Part shown: positions 60,584-64,000 of the stretch, in pieces | How the letters are laid out: every line of letters starts with the position of its first letter | Numbering within the stretch: the stretch's first letter is position 1 | Made by a program: the position numbers and the translations under genes | Source of the DNA: Alphaproteobacteria bacterium | GTDB taxonomy: Bacteria; Pseudomonadota; Alphaproteobacteria; JAPOUT01; G958296285 | Direction: 5' to 3' | NCBI GenBank assembly: GCA_965204775.1 | Contig: CBDBFH010000022.1 | Coordinates: 19,015 to 83,014 of the forward strand | Length of the DNA: 64,000 bases | The notes under the pieces: model-generated | Databases searched by the model: none | The model's input: the letters and a program-made list of their open reading frames with translations, nothing else | Told to the model about the DNA's origin: nothing

Positions 60584-62058
60584 GTCTTCTTCAACTCGGA
60601 ACCCAGACGGCGGAAAACTCGTGGATGAAAACGCTCCAACTGCTCGCGATTGACAAGATCAATATCCTGCGCCCGCAGACGCCCAACCCGATTGCCCGCC
60701 GGAAGCCGCAACAAGGCCCGGCTCGTGTGACAAATCGTCTGAACCCGGTATTGCGCAATCGCATCGCGCGCCTGATCGCTCGCCCCCAGCCGGTACAGCT
60801 CGTCGAGCCTCTCGGTCTCGGCGCTCAGCGCCTCCGCCTGCGCCAGCGCCGCCATCCCCGGCCTCCGCAAACGATCATAGGCCACCGCCAGATGGCGATG
60901 CGCATAAGGCCGCGTCACCACCCGCGCCCCCGCCAGCTTCAAATAGGGCAGCGCACGCCGGATCGCACCTTCATCCTCGGAAAGAACCAATGCCTCCCCA
61001 ACCGCCAACTGCAAAAGCGCATTCTCCGGCGCAAGCGCAACCGACTTCTCATATTGTTCGCCCGCTTCCTCGTAAAGACCCGCCCGCGAGAAAACATAGC
61101 CCTTCAACTCATGGAAAAAGGGATTGGACGGCTCCTCCGCAATCAGCCCGTCAATCCGCTCCAGAGCCTTCTTCAGCTTGCGCTCCTTCGAGAACATCAA
61201 AACATGCGCATAACGCGCCGGCTGGCTCTCGTCGTCAAGCGGGTAGCGGGCCAGCGTCTCGCCGGAGCCGCGCAGAAAGGCAAATAATTTCGCCTGAACC
61301 ATCCGGTGGCGATGCTGAAGGCCGGGCGGCGCTTCCGCCCCGGCGTAAGGACTCTCGGAAACCCGCGCCTCCAGAGCCTGAAGACGCTCGCGGGGCAGCG
61401 GATGCGTCACAACATAGGGGCTGATCCGGGTGCGGTAGGCCTCCTCCTGCAGCCGAATCTCCGAAGCAAATTCACGCCGGAAAAAATTGATCAAACCCCG
61501 CCCCGAAATCCCCGCACGATCCATATACGTCAAAGCGGCGCTGTCCGCGGCGGACTCGGTCGTGCGGCTGACCGACAACTCGCTGCTGCGCGCAATGTGC
61601 AGCGCCGCCGCCGGGGCCAGAATCGCCCCCTCCGGCTGCCCGGCCAGAACCGCCCCCACCCCCAGCAAAACCGAGGCCAGCGTGATCAACACACCGCCCT
61701 CCCGCGCCCGGCGGCGAACCGGAAAATGCGCCAGCGCAATATGCGCAATCTCATGGGCGATAATCCCCTGGATTTCCTCCGGGGCTTGGCTCCTCAGGAA
61801 CAATTCACTGTTCACCTGAACCAGACCCGGCAGGGCAAACGCATTGACCTGCGGCGACCCTTCGATCAAAACCCGAATCGAGCCGGGCGGCTGTCCGGCG
61901 GCCTCAATCAAGGGCGCCGCATAGCTGTGCAACAGCGCTTCCGTTTCCGCATCAAGAATCTCGGCCCGCGAGGCCAGAGGAGCCAGGCCCAGCGTCAGCG
62001 CAAATCCGGCAATCGCAGGGAGCGCCGACAGAAAATATCCGGATACAGATCGCAACAT
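60565..62058 (-). CDS. M48 metalloprotease with TPR repeats (BepA-like)
   Basis: VNAFA, HEIAH, ESAAD, THP, C-terminal TPR-like helices. Confidence 0.88.
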   Translation of the reverse strand: MLRSVSGYFLSALPAIAGFALTLGLAPLASRAEILDAETEALLHSYAAPLIEAAGQPPGSIRVLIEGSPQVNAFALPGLVQVNSELFLRSQAPEEIQGIIAHEIAHIALAHFPVRRRAREGGVLITLASVLLGVGAVLAGQPEGAILAPAAALHIARSSELSVSRTTESAADSAALTYMDRAGISGRGLINFFRREFASEIRLQEEAYRTRISPYVVTHPLPRERLQALEARVSESPYAGAEAPPGLQHRHRMVQAKLFAFLRGSGETLARYPLDDESQPARYAHVLMFSKERKLKKALERIDGLIAEEPSNPFFHELKGYVFSRAGLYEEAGEQYEKSVALAPENALLQLAVGEALVLSEDEGAIRRALPYLKLAGARVVTRPYAHRHLAVAYDRLRRPGMAALAQAEALSAETERLDELYRLGASDQARDAIAQYRVQTICHTSRALLRLPAGNRVGRLRAQDIDLVNREQLERFHPRVFRRLGSELKKTCFGVG

Positions 62059-62126
62059 AATCAGGCCCTTCCGTGGCCTCCCTCTGCCCTCCCGCCAGCC
62101 TAGAACCCGCAGGCCGGGGGGTCAAA

Positions 62127-64000
62127 TCAGCCTTCCACGGCCTCGCTCTGGGCCGGGTCGGGGGGCGGAGCCTCCTCCGGCCAGTCCTCTTGCGGCGCAG
62201 AGGGTGGGGCGCCGGCGGCCTCGGCGTCCCGCTCCCGGTCGCGCCGCCGTCCGCCGCGCCTGCCGCGCCGCGCACGCCGCCGCCCCGACTCATCCTCCTC
62301 CGTCCGGCCCGCCGCCCCGGCCTCCTCTTCCGAAGAACCGGCATCGGCCCCATAAGCCGTCTCAATCCGAACCGCTCCTTCCGCCCGCGAAGACCGCCCG
62401 CCGCCCCGGCTCCGGTCCCGGTCCCGGTCACGCGCGGCCTCCACCGCAAAGCCCTCCGGCAGAGTCTCATGCCCCGGATCGGCGCTGATCTCAACCTCAA
62501 CCCCGTGCCGCTCCTGAAAGCGCGACAGCCATTCACGCTTGTGGTTGAAAATGTAAAGCGCGCTTCGCCACGGGACCCGCAGAACAATCCGGCCTCCGCC
62601 GCGATGGCTCCGCGCCCGTTTCTCAACTGCGCGCAACGCGCGCAACGTCAAAGCCGCCGCCGAATAGACCCGGCCCCGCCCTTCGCAATGCGGACACGAC
62701 TCCATCCGCCCTTCCCAGAAACTCGGACGCAAATGCTGGCGCGACATCTCGAAAAGCCCGAAGGCGCTGATCCGCCCCGTCTGAACCCGCGCCGGGTCGC
62801 CCTTCAGGCAGTCCCGCACCCGCCGCTCCACATCGCGAATATGGCGCGCCTCGGTCATGTCGATGAAGTCAACCACAATCAGCCCCGCCAGATCGCGCAG
62901 GCGAAGCTGGCGGCCCAACTCCTCGGCGGCCTCCAGATTGGTCTTCAGCGCCGTCTCCTCAATATTATGCTCCCGCGTCGCCCGCCCCGAATTCACATCG
63001 ATCGCAACCAGCGCCTCGGTCGGATTGATCACCAGATAGCCCCCCGACTTCAGCGGAACCCGCGGCGACAAAATCTCCTCAAACTGCTCCTCCGCCCCGC
63101 TGCCGGCAAACAGCGGCTCCGGACCCTCATGCTTGTGAATGTTCTTCACATGGCCGGGCAGCAAAAGGCGCATAAACGCCCGCGCCTCCCGCCAGGCCTC
63201 CTCGCCCTCAATGACCACTTCCTCAATGTTCTTGCCATAGAGATCGCGCAAGGCGCGGCGGACAAGATTGCCCTCCTCATAGATCAAACTGGGGGCCGTC
63301 GATTCCAGCGTCAGACTGCGGATGTTCTCCCACAGGCGCAGGAGATAGTCGAAGTCGCGCCGAATCTCCGGCTTCGAGTGGCCCGACCCCGCCGTGCGCA
63401 CAATCAGACTCATCCCTTCCGGCACGTCCAGCGCGCCGGAAATGCCCTTCAGGCGCTGGCGGTCTTCGCCCTCGATCCGGCGTGAAACGCCCCCGGCGCT
63501 GCGCGTGTTCGGCATCAGAACGCAATAGCGCCCGGCCAGCGACAGATAACTCGTCATCGCCGCCCCCTTGCCGCCGCGCTCCTCCCGAACCGCCTGAATC
63601 AAAATCACCTGCCGGTTCCGGATCACCTCCTGAATCTTATAGGTGTCGTGAAAAGACACCCGGCGCGGCGCAGAACGCTGACTGGAGCGCGGCGCGCGCG
63701 CCGCGCGCGGCGCGCCGCGCGTCAGGCGCGGCGCAGGGCGGCCCCGATCCAACTCGTCCAGATCGGGATAAAAGTCGGGTGCAAAACTGCCGGGGCCGGA
63801 AAGAGCGTCGTCGAGCCAGTCGTCCTCGCCCCCGTCTCCTTCTGTCGTCTCTCCGGCGGAAACCGCCGTCCCGCCCTCAGCCTCGTCCGCAGTTTCTGCT
63901 TCTTCCCGGGCCGACTCGGCCTGCTCCTCCTCGCGCTGGCGCGCCTCCAGCGCCTCGCGGTCGGCCACCGGTATCTGAAAATAGTCGGGGTGAATCTCCG
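62127..64000 (-). CDS. rne: Ribonuclease E/G (partial, 5' end outside the window)
   Basis: EIHPDYFQIPVADR at the window edge, ERGGKGA, SLAGRYCVLMP, IDVNSG, DFIDM, CPHCEG. Confidence 0.96.
   Translation of the reverse strand, partial: EIHPDYFQIPVADREALEARQREEEQAESAREEAETADEAEGGTAVSAGETTEGDGGEDDWLDDALSGPGSFAPDFYPDLDELDRGRPAPRLTRGAPRAARAPRSSQRSAPRRVSFHDTYKIQEVIRNRQVILIQAVREERGGKGAAMTSYLSLAGRYCVLMPNTRSAGGVSRRIEGEDRQRLKGISGALDVPEGMSLIVRTAGSGHSKPEIRRDFDYLLRLWENIRSLTLESTAPSLIYEEGNLVRRALRDLYGKNIEEVVIEGEEAWREARAFMRLLLPGHVKNIHKHEGPEPLFAGSGAEEQFEEILSPRVPLKSGGYLVINPTEALVAIDVNSGRATREHNIEETALKTNLEAAEELGRQLRLRDLAGLIVVDFIDMTEARHIRDVERRVRDCLKGDPARVQTGRISAFGLFEMSRQHLRPSFWEGRMESCPHCEGRGRVYSAAALTLRALRAVEKRARSHRGGGRIVLRVPWRSALYIFNHKREWLSRFQERHGVEVEISADPGHETLPEGFAVEAARDRDRDRSRGGGRSSRAEGAVRIETAYGADAGSSEEEAGAAGRTEEDESGRRRARRGRRGGRRRDRERDAEAAGAPPSAPQEDWPEEAPPPDPAQSEAVEG

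Noticed and set aside
62405-62430. (CCGGTC)n repeat in rne
   Set aside because: Encodes RDRDRD, normal for RNase E disordered tails.

Overview
The window has three compositionally distinct parts. (1) 1-~4840: a GC-rich, unskewed alphaproteobacterial (Caulobacteraceae-like, inferred) guaB'-MAPEG-rsmB-like-mtnN-guaA locus on the minus strand. A P4-type integrase starts just downstream of guaA. The guaB gene is cut off at ~4840, which looks like an assembly join or a recombination junction. (2) ~4856-11300: an accessory island anchored at the 3' end of tRNA-Gln(CTG). It holds a thioesterase, an orphan RelB/DinJ antitoxin, an SDR, a MaoC pair, an MNT-HEPN fusion gene, a low-GC PRTase+DprA (ShosTA-like) cassette and a ~600 bp hierarchical dRS3/REP-like palindrome array. 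The PRTase+DprA cassette is flanked by a 23/24-bp direct repeat that duplicates the 3' end of the MNT-HEPN gene. (3) 11400-64000: compact alphaproteobacterial core genome (rlmE, a second complete guaB/guaA, der, purF, mla, alr, dnaB, ribosomal proteins, fab cluster, gmk, rsmA-pdxA-surA-lptDGF, pepA, holC, ndk, purM, rnd, aspS, acc, aroQ, thiSG, rne). This part has a strong but patchy C>G plus-strand skew and lacks several usual neighbour genes. The best candidate for a novel system is the co-oriented tRNA-Gln > repeat array > MNT-HEPN > PRTase > DprA unit. All calls come from reading sequence and motifs by eye; no searches were run.
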